A stretch of 64,000 nt of DNA, from the NCBI GenBank assembly GCA_963718615.1, contig OY970368.1, positions 2,464,001 through 2,528,000 on the forward strand, read 5' to 3'. How positions within the stretch are numbered: position 1 is the first letter of the stretch; every line of letters begins with the position of its first letter. A model generated the notes under the pieces. It ran no database searches. It saw nothing but the letters and a program-made list of their open reading frames with translations, and was not told the origin of the DNA. Shown here one piece after another: positions 28,649 to 37,706 of this stretch. The DNA comes from an uncultured cyanobacterium (GTDB lineage Bacteria; Cyanobacteriota; Cyanobacteriia; PCC-9006; JAAUQQ01). Both the position numbers and the translations under genes were made by a program.

Positions 28649-28909
28649 ATGGCTCATAAGAAAGGTACAGGCAGCACTCGGAACGGTCGCGATTCCAATT
28701 CTAAGCGCCTGGGCGTAAAGCGCTACGGCGGTGAAGCCGTGACGGCGGGCAGCATTTTGATTCGTCAGCGCGGCACTCACTTTTTACCAGGTAACAATGT
28801 GGGTCGCGGTGGAGATGATACGCTATTTGCCTTGATCGAAGGCGTTGTCAAATTCGAGCGCAAAGGCAAGAACCGTAAACGGGTTAGCGTCTATACGGCT
28901 CAAGCCTAG
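28649..28909 (+). CDS. rpmA: 50S ribosomal protein L27
   Basis: [24 protein letters not shown]. Confidence 0.99.
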   Translation: MAHKKGTGSTRNGRDSNSKRLGVKRYGGEAVTAGSILIRQRGTHFLPGNNVGRGGDDTLFALIEGVVKFERKGKNRKRVSVYTAQA

Positions 28910-28952
28910 AGATTTTCTGGTTTGACGAATCTCAATTTGATGACCTAAAACA

Positions 28953-28986
28953 AAAGACCAGTTGGCCCAGGCCAGCTGGTCTTTGT
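28953..28986 (+). terminator. Rho-independent terminator after rpmA
   Basis: AAAGACCAGTTGGC...GCCAGCTGGTCTTT hairpin. Confidence 0.75.
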
Positions 28987-29004
28987 CGATTCTTTAATAA
29001 GACT

Positions 29005-29733
29005 ATGCCGCTCAAACCCTACCAGCAGATTCCCATTACCGATTGTGGTGAAGCGCTCGTGCCGATTCCGCTAGAACAGTTTGCTTGGGTTGATCCCCAT
29101 CCCTATGCGGTTTTGGGTGCCCCCTATGGCGAGAAATCTCCGTTTTATCTCCGGGAAGGAATTTTAACTCGTTTGCATCAAGCCCAAACCTATTTGCAAT
29201 CACAGCGACCTGGCTGGCGGATTCAGATTTTTGATGCCTATCGCCCGGTAGCCGTTCAGCAATTTATGGTGGACTATACGTTTGAACAAGAGCGTCAAAA
29301 GAAGGGTTGGGGCGATCGCCTTTCTCCTGAACAAACCGCTGCGCTCTGGGAAGCAGTTCACAACTTTTGGGCAACGCCTAGTCCCGATCCCCAAACGCCT
29401 CCGCCTCACAGTACCGGAGCCGCGATCGATATAACCCTAGTGGATGAAACCCAGACTAGCATTGATATGGGTTCATGCATTGATGAAATTTCAGCGCGAT
29501 CCTATCCGCTTTATTTTGCAGCGCAGTCCACAAAAGAAGCACAACAATATCATCAGCATCGCGAGCTGCTCTGCAAGGTCATGAACCATGCAGGCTTTTT
29601 GCGGCATCCCCGAGAATGGTGGCATTTTTCCTATGGGGATCAAGTCTGGGCCTGGTTGATGCGTGAAGCAACTACTAAGTCAGGAATGGGGGTAGTTGCT
29701 GAGATGGATGCTCACTACGGACGCGCCGAGTAA
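29005..29733 (+). CDS. D-alanyl-D-alanine dipeptidase (peptidase M15D, VanX/DdpX-like)
   Basis: IFDAYRP, PPHSTGAAIDITL, EWWHFSYGD. Confidence 0.9.
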   Translation: MPLKPYQQIPITDCGEALVPIPLEQFAWVDPHPYAVLGAPYGEKSPFYLREGILTRLHQAQTYLQSQRPGWRIQIFDAYRPVAVQQFMVDYTFEQERQKKGWGDRLSPEQTAALWEAVHNFWATPSPDPQTPPPHSTGAAIDITLVDETQTSIDMGSCIDEISARSYPLYFAAQSTKEAQQYHQHRELLCKVMNHAGFLRHPREWWHFSYGDQVWAWLMREATTKSGMGVVAEMDAHYGRAE

Positions 29734-30734
29734 TAGTCTTTATACCATTGCACAAACTTTGGAATGCCTTCTTCAATGGAGGTTGTTGCTCGAAACCCAA
29801 TCTCTCGTTGTAAATCACTAATATCTGCAAAGGTTTCTTTAACATCCCCTGGTTGCATGGGTAAGAGAATCTTTTCTGCGGTTTTGCCGATGGCCTCTTC
29901 TAAAACCTCGATAAACCGTAACAGAGCGACGGGTTTGTTATTGCCAATATTGTAAATTCGGTAGGGTGCTGTACTAGTCCCAGGTGTTAGCGCAGCCGTA
30001 TTAGAAACGGGCTCTGGAACATGGTTAAGGGTTTGAATCACACCTTCAACAATGTCATCCACATAGGTAAAGTCTCGCTTCATATCTCCTTGATTAAAGA
30101 CCTGAATTGGACGGCCTTCAAAAATAGCATTGGCAAATAGAAATGGAGCCATATCTGGACGCCCCCAAGGCCCATAGACCGTAAAGAAACGTAATCCTGT
30201 AATGGGTAGCTCATAGAGGTGACTGTAGGTATGAGCCATCAATTCATTAGATTTCTTGGTTGCTGCGTAGAGACTGACAGGATGATCAACATTTTGATCT
30301 ACGCTAAATGGCATCTCGCGATTGCTGCCATAGACTGAGCTAGACGAAGCAAAAACTAAATGCTGAATTTTGTGATGACGACAGCCCTCTAAGATATTGA
30401 GAAACCCATTGATATTGCTGTCGATGTAAATATAGGGATTCTGAATTGAATAGCGAACCCCTGCCTGAGCACCAAGGTGTGCCACTTTATCAAAATCATA
30501 GTCGACAAACAGACGTTCAATTCCAGGGCGATGACTTAGATCAACTTTCTGAAAAATGAAATTATTAAAGGCTTTAAGACGACTAATTCGGTCTTCTTTA
30601 AGCGTGACATCGTAATAGTCGTTGAGATTATCAATTCCGACGACAAACTTGCCAAGCTGAAGCAATCGATGGCTGAGGTGATAGCCAATAAACCCCGCAG
30701 CTCCTGTAACGAGAATTGTTTCCTGTTCACTCAT
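29715..30734 (-). CDS. NAD-dependent epimerase (UDP-glucuronate 4-epimerase type)
   Basis: LVTGAAGFIG, AQAGVRYS, SLYAATKK, FFTVYGPWGRPDMA. Confidence 0.93.
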   Translation of the reverse strand: MSEQETILVTGAAGFIGYHLSHRLLQLGKFVVGIDNLNDYYDVTLKEDRISRLKAFNNFIFQKVDLSHRPGIERLFVDYDFDKVAHLGAQAGVRYSIQNPYIYIDSNINGFLNILEGCRHHKIQHLVFASSSSVYGSNREMPFSVDQNVDHPVSLYAATKKSNELMAHTYSHLYELPITGLRFFTVYGPWGRPDMAPFLFANAIFEGRPIQVFNQGDMKRDFTYVDDIVEGVIQTLNHVPEPVSNTAALTPGTSTAPYRIYNIGNNKPVALLRFIEVLEEAIGKTAEKILLPMQPGDVKETFADISDLQREIGFRATTSIEEGIPKFVQWYKDYYSARP

Positions 30735-31031
30735 GTATGGGTTGGTCCCGTCAGATCTGGCGCATTTGACTTTAACAGGATGCATTGGCCAATACTAGAG
30801 CCCAAAATTTTTAAGCTCATTCATCCCATAAACACCTCAAGTTAAGACTCGGTTTGATTTTCAATTGAGACGAGTGAGTACGTATTGGGCAAATCATTCG
30901 GAAGTCGCGCGTTTATATTTGACAAAATTTTGATAACTCTCGTCAAATAGAGTAGCCTGCTCTTCTCTTTTAACTCAAACGAGTATCAACTTAGGACCCA
31001 TAAAGAGTCTTAAATGATCTGCTTGGACTAG

Positions 31032-32099
31032 CTATTCCTGGGTCGAAAGTTCGCTATTCCAGCCGAGCAATGTGTCGAATAGGGCCTCGTAGGTATTGCC
31101 TGAAGCGTTGCCTTTGGTTTTGTTGGGCAGCCGCAGGATAGAAACGGGATAGGCGGGCTCAAAGGTGTTGGTGTCCGGTGAGGCGTCTAAATCCACCGTT
31201 AAAATGCCAATGTGACTGGGGGTGCCTTCGGCGATCGCATCCTGCAAAGCCACATCCCGCTTCGGCACCGCAAAGCAAAAATAGTGGCACAGGGAGATAT
31301 AGCTTCTCCAATGCCCATCCTCTTCATACTCAGCCAGACAGCTTTTGGTATTGACCCCTAAGAGCTCCTTGGGCTGCAAGGCCGCCCATTGAGTCACCGC
31401 TAACACATCAATTTTGCGAGGTTGTCCATCAAAATAGGGAACGAGCTCCCCATAAACCCCGTAATTGCGGGCTGTGTAAGGACGAACAGCGCAATCTCGG
31501 CTCCAAAGGAGAGCATAGGTTTGAAGCGAGCTTTTGAGGGCTGCGGTGATGCGATCGCGCCCCAACTCCTCTGCCTGGGCCTGGGCTTCTTCCTGGTCTT
31601 CAGGTACCCGCCATTGCCCCAAATGGGCGTAGCTTCCCTCTTCTCCCTTTAGTGGTCTGCCTCGATTGCTGGGTGCATTGGCAGGACGATATTGTTGCTC
31701 CACTCGACGACATTCTAAAACCGTTGCTTCACCCGCAAGAACCTTATCCCGCATCGCTTCAAACACGGGCCGAGGGGCTTGGCGCTCTATTTTTTCGAGG
31801 CGATCGAGGGCTTCCGGTGCCGCTTGAATGTCCCCAATTTTGTCAATATCTTCGCTCTCAATTTGACGCAGATAGTAAACCGCTGCTTTGAGATAACGCC
31901 AGAAGAGCGAAGGCTGTCGTCCTGCTGATTTAGCAACCCCTTTAATCCAAGCGGTAAAGGAATGTAATCCCTTATCTAAATACAACTTTTCCTTACGCAC
32001 ATGTAACGCTAACTGCGCTAATTCTTGCCAGCGATACCGGTCCTGCTGAAGGAGGGTAACGATTCGTGATTCAATGGTTTGTAGTTCTTCGATCGCCAT
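31032..32099 (-). CDS. Hypothetical protein: helical N-terminus + MmcB-like PD-(D/E)XK domain
   Basis: KIDVLAV...LLGVNTKSCLAEYEEDGHWRSYISLCHYFCFAVP resembles MmcB (D...EIKSS..DF..D.KW..Y...C..FYFAVP). Confidence 0.65.
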   Translation of the reverse strand: MAIEELQTIESRIVTLLQQDRYRWQELAQLALHVRKEKLYLDKGLHSFTAWIKGVAKSAGRQPSLFWRYLKAAVYYLRQIESEDIDKIGDIQAAPEALDRLEKIERQAPRPVFEAMRDKVLAGEATVLECRRVEQQYRPANAPSNRGRPLKGEEGSYAHLGQWRVPEDQEEAQAQAEELGRDRITAALKSSLQTYALLWSRDCAVRPYTARNYGVYGELVPYFDGQPRKIDVLAVTQWAALQPKELLGVNTKSCLAEYEEDGHWRSYISLCHYFCFAVPKRDVALQDAIAEGTPSHIGILTVDLDASPDTNTFEPAYPVSILRLPNKTKGNASGNTYEALFDTLLGWNSELSTQE

Positions 32100-32397
32100 A
32101 GATTTAATCTAGTCAACTAGACTTTGAAACCGAGCCGTTGCCTTAAAAGTCCAGTCAAAACACCTCTGATCCAACCTACCAGAGCGGTGGCCTCCTACGC
32201 TTCAGTTTTTCGGAACCACCCCTGACCGCAAGTCTTGACCTTCTGCGGGAGACGCAGGTTATCCACTTCTGAAAGCCCCTCCCATTGAGCACTACAGCTC
32301 TTTGTTAGTCCAGATTAAGGTTTTTTGGACTAAATCCACTCAAGATTGACGCAGAGGGCTGAACCATAAGTCTAGTCAGCGTTTCAGGAATCTTTGC

Positions 32398-32465
32398 AAA
32401 AAAAACCAGACTTGCTGAAGTGCCTCCTGCCTTTGCGGGAAGGCTCTGGCTCAAAACAAGTCTGA
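32398..32465 (-). terminator. Putative terminator after malic enzyme
   Basis: Minus strand CAGACTTG...CAAGTCTG stem followed by a T-run (A-run at 32398-32405 on the plus strand). Confidence 0.55.
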
Positions 32466-32476
32466 TCGAAAGATTG

Positions 32477-32490
32477 AGTACTCTTGTTCT
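32477..32490. promoter_or_regulatory. Candidate cyanobacterial LexA box AGTACTCTTGTTCT
   Basis: Exact match to RGTAC-NNN-DGTWCB. Confidence 0.4.
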
Positions 32491-32512
32491 AGATTAACGA
32501 TGGAGAAAGGGT

Positions 32513-33904
32513 TTAGCGGCGAGCAATGCCAGCAGCCCGAGCGGCGCGCTCAACAGCTTGGGAAACAACTTGCGAAACCCGTTGATCAAAAACAGAAGGA
32601 ACGACTTTTTCTGCATGCAGTTCTTCATCGGAAACCAAGCTCGCGATCGCCCGAGCGGCTTCCAAATACATGGACTCCGTAAAGGTTTTGGCTCGACAGT
32701 CCAAGGCCCCTCGAAAAACCCCTGGAAAAGCTAACACATTGTTGATTTGATTGGGATAGTCGCTGCGGCCTGTAGCGACTACGGCGACGCGATCGCGAAT
32801 CAATTCCGGCTGGATTTCAGGAATCGGATTGGCCATGGCAAATACAATGGCCTCAGGCGTCATGGATTCTACCATTTCCACCGTGAGCACACCCGGTGCG
32901 CTGACTCCTAAAAAGACATCTGCATTTTTAATCCCGTCTGCTAGGGTACCCGATTCAACCACCGCAAATTCCTGTTTCGTGGAGTTGAGATCTGTTCGAT
33001 CACGCGAGACAATACCCTGGGAATCACACAGCAAAATTTTCGTTGCGCCAGCCGCTTTGAGCAGTTTTGCGATCGCCATGCCTGCGGCTCCGGCTCCATT
33101 AATCACAATCCGAATTTGCTCAAGCGGTTTTTGAACCAGCTTGAGCGCATTCATCAGCGCCGCTAACACCACAATGGCAGTGCCATGCTGATCATCATGG
33201 AAAATCAAGATATCCGTTTCAGCCCGCAGCCTTGCTTCAATTTCAAAACAGCGCGGCGCAGCAATATCCTCTAGATTCACTCCTCCAAACACGGGCGCAA
33301 TGCGTTTAACCGTCTCGACAATTTCGTCGGTATCTTGAGTATCCAGGCAGATAGGAAAGGCATCCACCCCAGCAAATTCCTTAAAGAGCATGGCTTTGCC
33401 TTCCATAACTGGTAGCGCCGCTGCACCGCCTAGATTGCCTAAACCGAGGACCGCACTGCCATCGGTGACGATGGCCACTGTATTCCCCTTAATGGTGAAT
33501 TGATAGACCTGCTGAGGATCAGCGGCGATCGCGCGGCAAATCCTCCCGACGCCAGGGGTATAGGCCATCGCCAGATCTGACTGCGCTGTTAACGCTTTTT
33601 TACTAATCACGCTGATCTTACCCCCTTCATGGAGCTTGAACGTGCGGTCAAAATGATCCAAGACCTCAATTTCTGGCACCGCTTTAACCGCCGCCACAAT
33701 TTCTGCCGCGTGGGTCTCGCTATAGGCATCCACGACTAAGTCTCGAACTGAAACCTTCAGGGTTTGCTCAATCAGGTCGATCGTACTTAAACTTCCCCGA
33801 GCTTGAGCGATCGCGGCCACCACACTAGCCAGCATTCCCGCTCTATTAGGCCCCTGAATACGGATCTTAAGACTGAAACTAGGATTCGGGGTCAACTCAA
33901 CCAT
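32513..33904 (-). CDS. NAD(P)-dependent malic enzyme with N-terminal ACT domain
   Basis: AYTPGVG, VTDGSAVLGLG, VMEGKA, NLEDI, HDDQHGTA, NGAGAAG, TGRSDYPNQINN. Confidence 0.95.
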   Translation of the reverse strand: MVELTPNPSFSLKIRIQGPNRAGMLASVVAAIAQARGSLSTIDLIEQTLKVSVRDLVVDAYSETHAAEIVAAVKAVPEIEVLDHFDRTFKLHEGGKISVISKKALTAQSDLAMAYTPGVGRICRAIAADPQQVYQFTIKGNTVAIVTDGSAVLGLGNLGGAAALPVMEGKAMLFKEFAGVDAFPICLDTQDTDEIVETVKRIAPVFGGVNLEDIAAPRCFEIEARLRAETDILIFHDDQHGTAIVVLAALMNALKLVQKPLEQIRIVINGAGAAGMAIAKLLKAAGATKILLCDSQGIVSRDRTDLNSTKQEFAVVESGTLADGIKNADVFLGVSAPGVLTVEMVESMTPEAIVFAMANPIPEIQPELIRDRVAVVATGRSDYPNQINNVLAFPGVFRGALDCRAKTFTESMYLEAARAIASLVSDEELHAEKVVPSVFDQRVSQVVSQAVERAARAAGIARR

Positions 33905-34320
33905 GATAAGGCGCTCTCCGCGTGCGATCGAAACGAAAAATCTTGACAGCATGAAAAGATTTCAAGCCTTCAATTCTACCGAATCCCGCCCGAGACAACA
34001 GCGTTAATCACTTCTGTTTTCTTGTCTCACTTTTATCTTAAAGATGGACTTGTTTTAAGCCTTAGACAAAACAGTTGAGATTGCTTTCCATCTCTATTGT
34101 CCCATTAGTCTTTTATGAGACTTATTTCAAGTCTATTTTTGGGTCTTAATTGAGCTCGACTGACAGGTTTGTGCTTAATTTTTTTGCCCATGGAGGGTCA
34201 GATCCTGTAACCCAGGAGACTAAGTGACCTTATCGGAAGGTTCACAAATAAGGGTTATGATGTGATCCCCTTGGAGGGAGGCATCTAACCTTTGAACCGT
34301 CGTTTAGCCAAACAGGTGAA

Positions 34321-35718
34321 ATGTTTAAAACGCGTCGTAAGTCCTATTTCTCTGCCAGGTCATCTGCCCGTGGCACTTATCGGCGACAATCGCGATCGCT
34401 AACCCGCTGGCAAATATTGGCGGCCATTCCGCTAACTTTGATAGGACTAGAGATATTGATGCGTTTGGGCGTTGCGATTACTGGGCAAGGCGAGGCGTTC
34501 CGAGGAGGAGCGGGAGAATCTTCGAGAGCAGCAGATTATCGACTAAAGTTTGTCAGCCAGTCTGGCTCAACCTACGAGGGTCTCTCATCCCAAGGAAATC
34601 TCGCGGTAGTCCGCAGCTCCCTCCAGGGCTATGAACTCGTCAAAAATCAGCAAGGCAAAGCTTGGTCCATTGGAGAACAAGGGTTTCGAGCGGAATCGAA
34701 ACTTGCACCCCAAAAAGCTCCTAATGAATTTAGAGTTTTTCTTTTAGGAGGATCGACAGCTTTTGGTCAACTCAGCTCCAGCGACCAAACGACGATCGCC
34801 CAAGAATTAGAAACAAAGCTAAACTGGCGAGTCAATCAACAACAAAAGCAGCCTAACCAATTTCGTCCGCAGCAATTACCTTACTTTGCAGATGAGCAGT
34901 CAAAAGCCCTGGCAAAGCCTAAACGAATTCCTGAAAAGCGTTATCAGGTGATTAATGCTGCCGTTCCGGGCTATGCCTCCAGCAATGAATTGGTCCATTT
35001 AGTACGGCATGTTTTATCCTATCAACCTGACGTTATTGTTCTTCTTAACGGCTACACAGATCTGGTTCTTCCCAGCGATCAGGTCGCAGTCGAAGTGCCC
35101 AAAATAGAATCACTGCTTGACAACGCTTGGGCACACTTCAGCACTAGCAAGCGTCAGCAAATAGGTAATTTTCTCAACAACTTCTACCTCATTAAAGGAC
35201 TGAATCGCTGGATTCTGAAGCCGGAACAATCGGGGTCTGTCAGTCTGCCACCAGGGTTTGAGAGCAAAGCAGCCCATATCCCAACAAATGGGGAGGAACT
35301 AACCCGCCGGATCGATCGCTATGAAGAAAACCTGCGGAAAATCGCACAGATTAGCGGTGTGACTCAAGCTCCTTTGCTGGTCGCGCTCCAGCCGAAGGTA
35401 AGCGATCGCCTCAAAGCCAAGCCAACAGAGAAAGAAGCACAAATTCTCAAACAATTAGGCAACGACTACCCCAAACGGACAGAGGCTGCCTATACTCAGC
35501 TGCGTAGCTCCGTTGAGAATGTTAAAAAAGCGTTTCCTCAGCGAGTTTTCTCGCTAAACTTAGAAAATATCTTTCAGTCTACGGAAGGTGAGGTTTTTCA
35601 GGATTCAATTCATCTGACTGACTCGGCCAACCAAATCCTGGCGGAGCAGTTGTATGGGGCGATCGTTCAACGCTTGGAAATCGAGGCAAAGCCCTATAGT
35701 GGATTGCCACCTCAATAA
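34321..35718 (+). CDS. SGNH/GDSL hydrolase family protein, membrane anchored
   Basis: LLGGSTAFG, VINAAVPGY, LNGYTD, FQDSIHL. Confidence 0.85.
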   Translation: MFKTRRKSYFSARSSARGTYRRQSRSLTRWQILAAIPLTLIGLEILMRLGVAITGQGEAFRGGAGESSRAADYRLKFVSQSGSTYEGLSSQGNLAVVRSSLQGYELVKNQQGKAWSIGEQGFRAESKLAPQKAPNEFRVFLLGGSTAFGQLSSSDQTTIAQELETKLNWRVNQQQKQPNQFRPQQLPYFADEQSKALAKPKRIPEKRYQVINAAVPGYASSNELVHLVRHVLSYQPDVIVLLNGYTDLVLPSDQVAVEVPKIESLLDNAWAHFSTSKRQQIGNFLNNFYLIKGLNRWILKPEQSGSVSLPPGFESKAAHIPTNGEELTRRIDRYEENLRKIAQISGVTQAPLLVALQPKVSDRLKAKPTEKEAQILKQLGNDYPKRTEAAYTQLRSSVENVKKAFPQRVFSLNLENIFQSTEGEVFQDSIHLTDSANQILAEQLYGAIVQRLEIEAKPYSGLPPQ

Positions 35719-35822
35719 CCCAAGTACTTCAAGCCGGTAGCAAGGTAAGGTCCGTTTAAGACCAATTCAAAGGCCAATTCAAGGCCAAACTGTAGAAAGA
35801 TTGATTAGAGGGATTTAAAACT

Positions 35823-36140
35823 ATGACTCAAGCTGTGGTCAAATTTTCATCTACGGAATGCGGTATTTGCCACAAGATGTCATTCTATGACGCGAAGGTA
35901 ACCCAGGAATTGGGCTTGGAATTTATCGATGTCAAAATGCAAGATCGGCAAGCCTATGGCAAGTATCGCAAGATTTTGCTGACTCAATACCCCAACAAAG
36001 AAGATATGGGTTGGCCCACCTATTTAATCTGTGAAGATCCTGAAGGAGATTTTAAGATTATAGGTGAGATCAAAGGGGGACATCCTAAAGGAGAATTCCG
36101 ATCAAAGCTTCAGGAAGTTCTCGCAAATTCAGCAAATTGA
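35823..36140 (+). CDS. Thioredoxin-fold protein
   Basis: CGIC motif, GWPTY cis-Pro loop. Confidence 0.8.
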   Translation: MTQAVVKFSSTECGICHKMSFYDAKVTQELGLEFIDVKMQDRQAYGKYRKILLTQYPNKEDMGWPTYLICEDPEGDFKIIGEIKGGHPKGEFRSKLQEVLANSAN

Positions 36141-36204
36141 TTCACCAATTGAGCATTGAGCCACCTTGGCTAATCGTTGTTGGCCGAGTCAGAGTGTCAT
36201 CGCC

Positions 36205-37530
36205 CTAAAGCAGTACTGCTGCTCGGTCTGCCAAACTCGATCGCTCTCCTTTCAACAAGGTAATATGACCCGCTAGGGGTTCTCCCTTAAAGCGCTCAAC
36301 GGCATAGGTAAGCCCATTGCTAGAGGCATCGACATAGGGGTTATCAATCTGTGCTGGATCACCGGTTAAAACAATCTTGGTGCCTTCTCCCGCTCGCGTC
36401 AGAATGGTTTTGACTTCGTGAGGCGTTAGGTTTTGCGCTTCATCCACAATCAAAAATTGCTTGGGTAACGTTCTTCCTCGAATATATGTCAAGGGCTCAA
36501 TTTGTAACATCCCCATTTCCATTAATTCCTCATGTCCTCGTCGCCAATGACCTGCTTTTCCTTTGTTTTCCTGAGTCCCAAAGATCAGGTCAAAGTTATC
36601 GTAGAGCGGTTGCATCCAAGGGGTCAGTTTTTCTTGAATGTCCCCTGGTAAATAACCAATATCTCGTCCCATGGGAATAACAGGACGGGAGATCAAGAGG
36701 CGGCTATAGAGCCCTTCATCGGCCACCTTTTGCAGTCCGGCGGCGATCGCCAGCAACGTTTTTCCTGTTCCAGCCTGCCCCACTAATGTCACTAGGGGAA
36801 TCGAATCCCGTAGCAACAGCTCCAACGCAAAACTTTGCTCCCGATTGCGGGCGTGAATACGAGAAACCCCACTTCGAGGCAGTTTTGCAAGGGGCTCAAT
36901 TTTGCCACTGACCGCATCGACAATGCCCAACGCGGTATGGCTGGGATTGGCCTCATCTACTAGGGTGAGAGTCTGGTTGGGCAAGAGAGGTTCGTTTGTG
37001 GGCAGTCCTCCCAGTCGAAAAAGCTGGTCCATGGCCTCAGTATTTAAACGCAAATCGCTGGTACCGGTATAGAGATCGCTAAAGTCGACCTTATCCGTTT
37101 CATAGTCTCGCGCTGCCAATCCAACCGCATCTGCTTTGATTCGGAGATTTGTATCTTTACTCACCAGTACGACGGGACAATCACAGAGCTTTTGTTGCTC
37201 TAGCGCCACGGCCAAAATCGCATTATCCGCTTGATCGCCCTCTAGCTCTGGCGGCAATCCCTTCAGGGTCTCACGATGACACAATGCAACTTTCAGAATT
37301 CCCCCGTTGTTAATGGGGATACCTTCGATAAAATGTCCACGCTTGCGCAATTCGTCCAGCGTCCGAGCCACCTGGCGGGCATTCCGCCCCGTCATTTCAG
37401 GTTTTTTCTTAAACCGATCCAGTTCTTCAATAATCGCCATCGGCAAGATGACATCATTGTCCTCGAAGCGCAGCATGGCGGATGGATCATGCAGCAGGAC
37501 ATTGGTGTCAAGGACAAAGGTCTTTTTCAT
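36205..37530 (-). CDS. PIN-PhoH (PhoH2/YlaK-like) protein
   Basis: FVLDTNVLLHD PIN domain; GQAGTGKT, IRGRT, VDEAQN, TGDPAQID. Confidence 0.93.
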   Translation of the reverse strand: MKKTFVLDTNVLLHDPSAMLRFEDNDVILPMAIIEELDRFKKKPEMTGRNARQVARTLDELRKRGHFIEGIPINNGGILKVALCHRETLKGLPPELEGDQADNAILAVALEQQKLCDCPVVLVSKDTNLRIKADAVGLAARDYETDKVDFSDLYTGTSDLRLNTEAMDQLFRLGGLPTNEPLLPNQTLTLVDEANPSHTALGIVDAVSGKIEPLAKLPRSGVSRIHARNREQSFALELLLRDSIPLVTLVGQAGTGKTLLAIAAGLQKVADEGLYSRLLISRPVIPMGRDIGYLPGDIQEKLTPWMQPLYDNFDLIFGTQENKGKAGHWRRGHEELMEMGMLQIEPLTYIRGRTLPKQFLIVDEAQNLTPHEVKTILTRAGEGTKIVLTGDPAQIDNPYVDASSNGLTYAVERFKGEPLAGHITLLKGERSSLADRAAVLL

Positions 37531-37706
37531 AGGTGAGTGAACTGGCAGACTCCTGTAATGGCAACAGTGGCCCAGAGCCTTCAGATGCGGAATCAATGGA
37601 TATGCCCACTGTACTCTAGCATCTGCCCCTTTTTGTGCTCTGGATGACAGATGGATATTTGAAGCTATTATTCCCGAACCCGCGAATAACTCACAGACTA
37701 GGGTAC

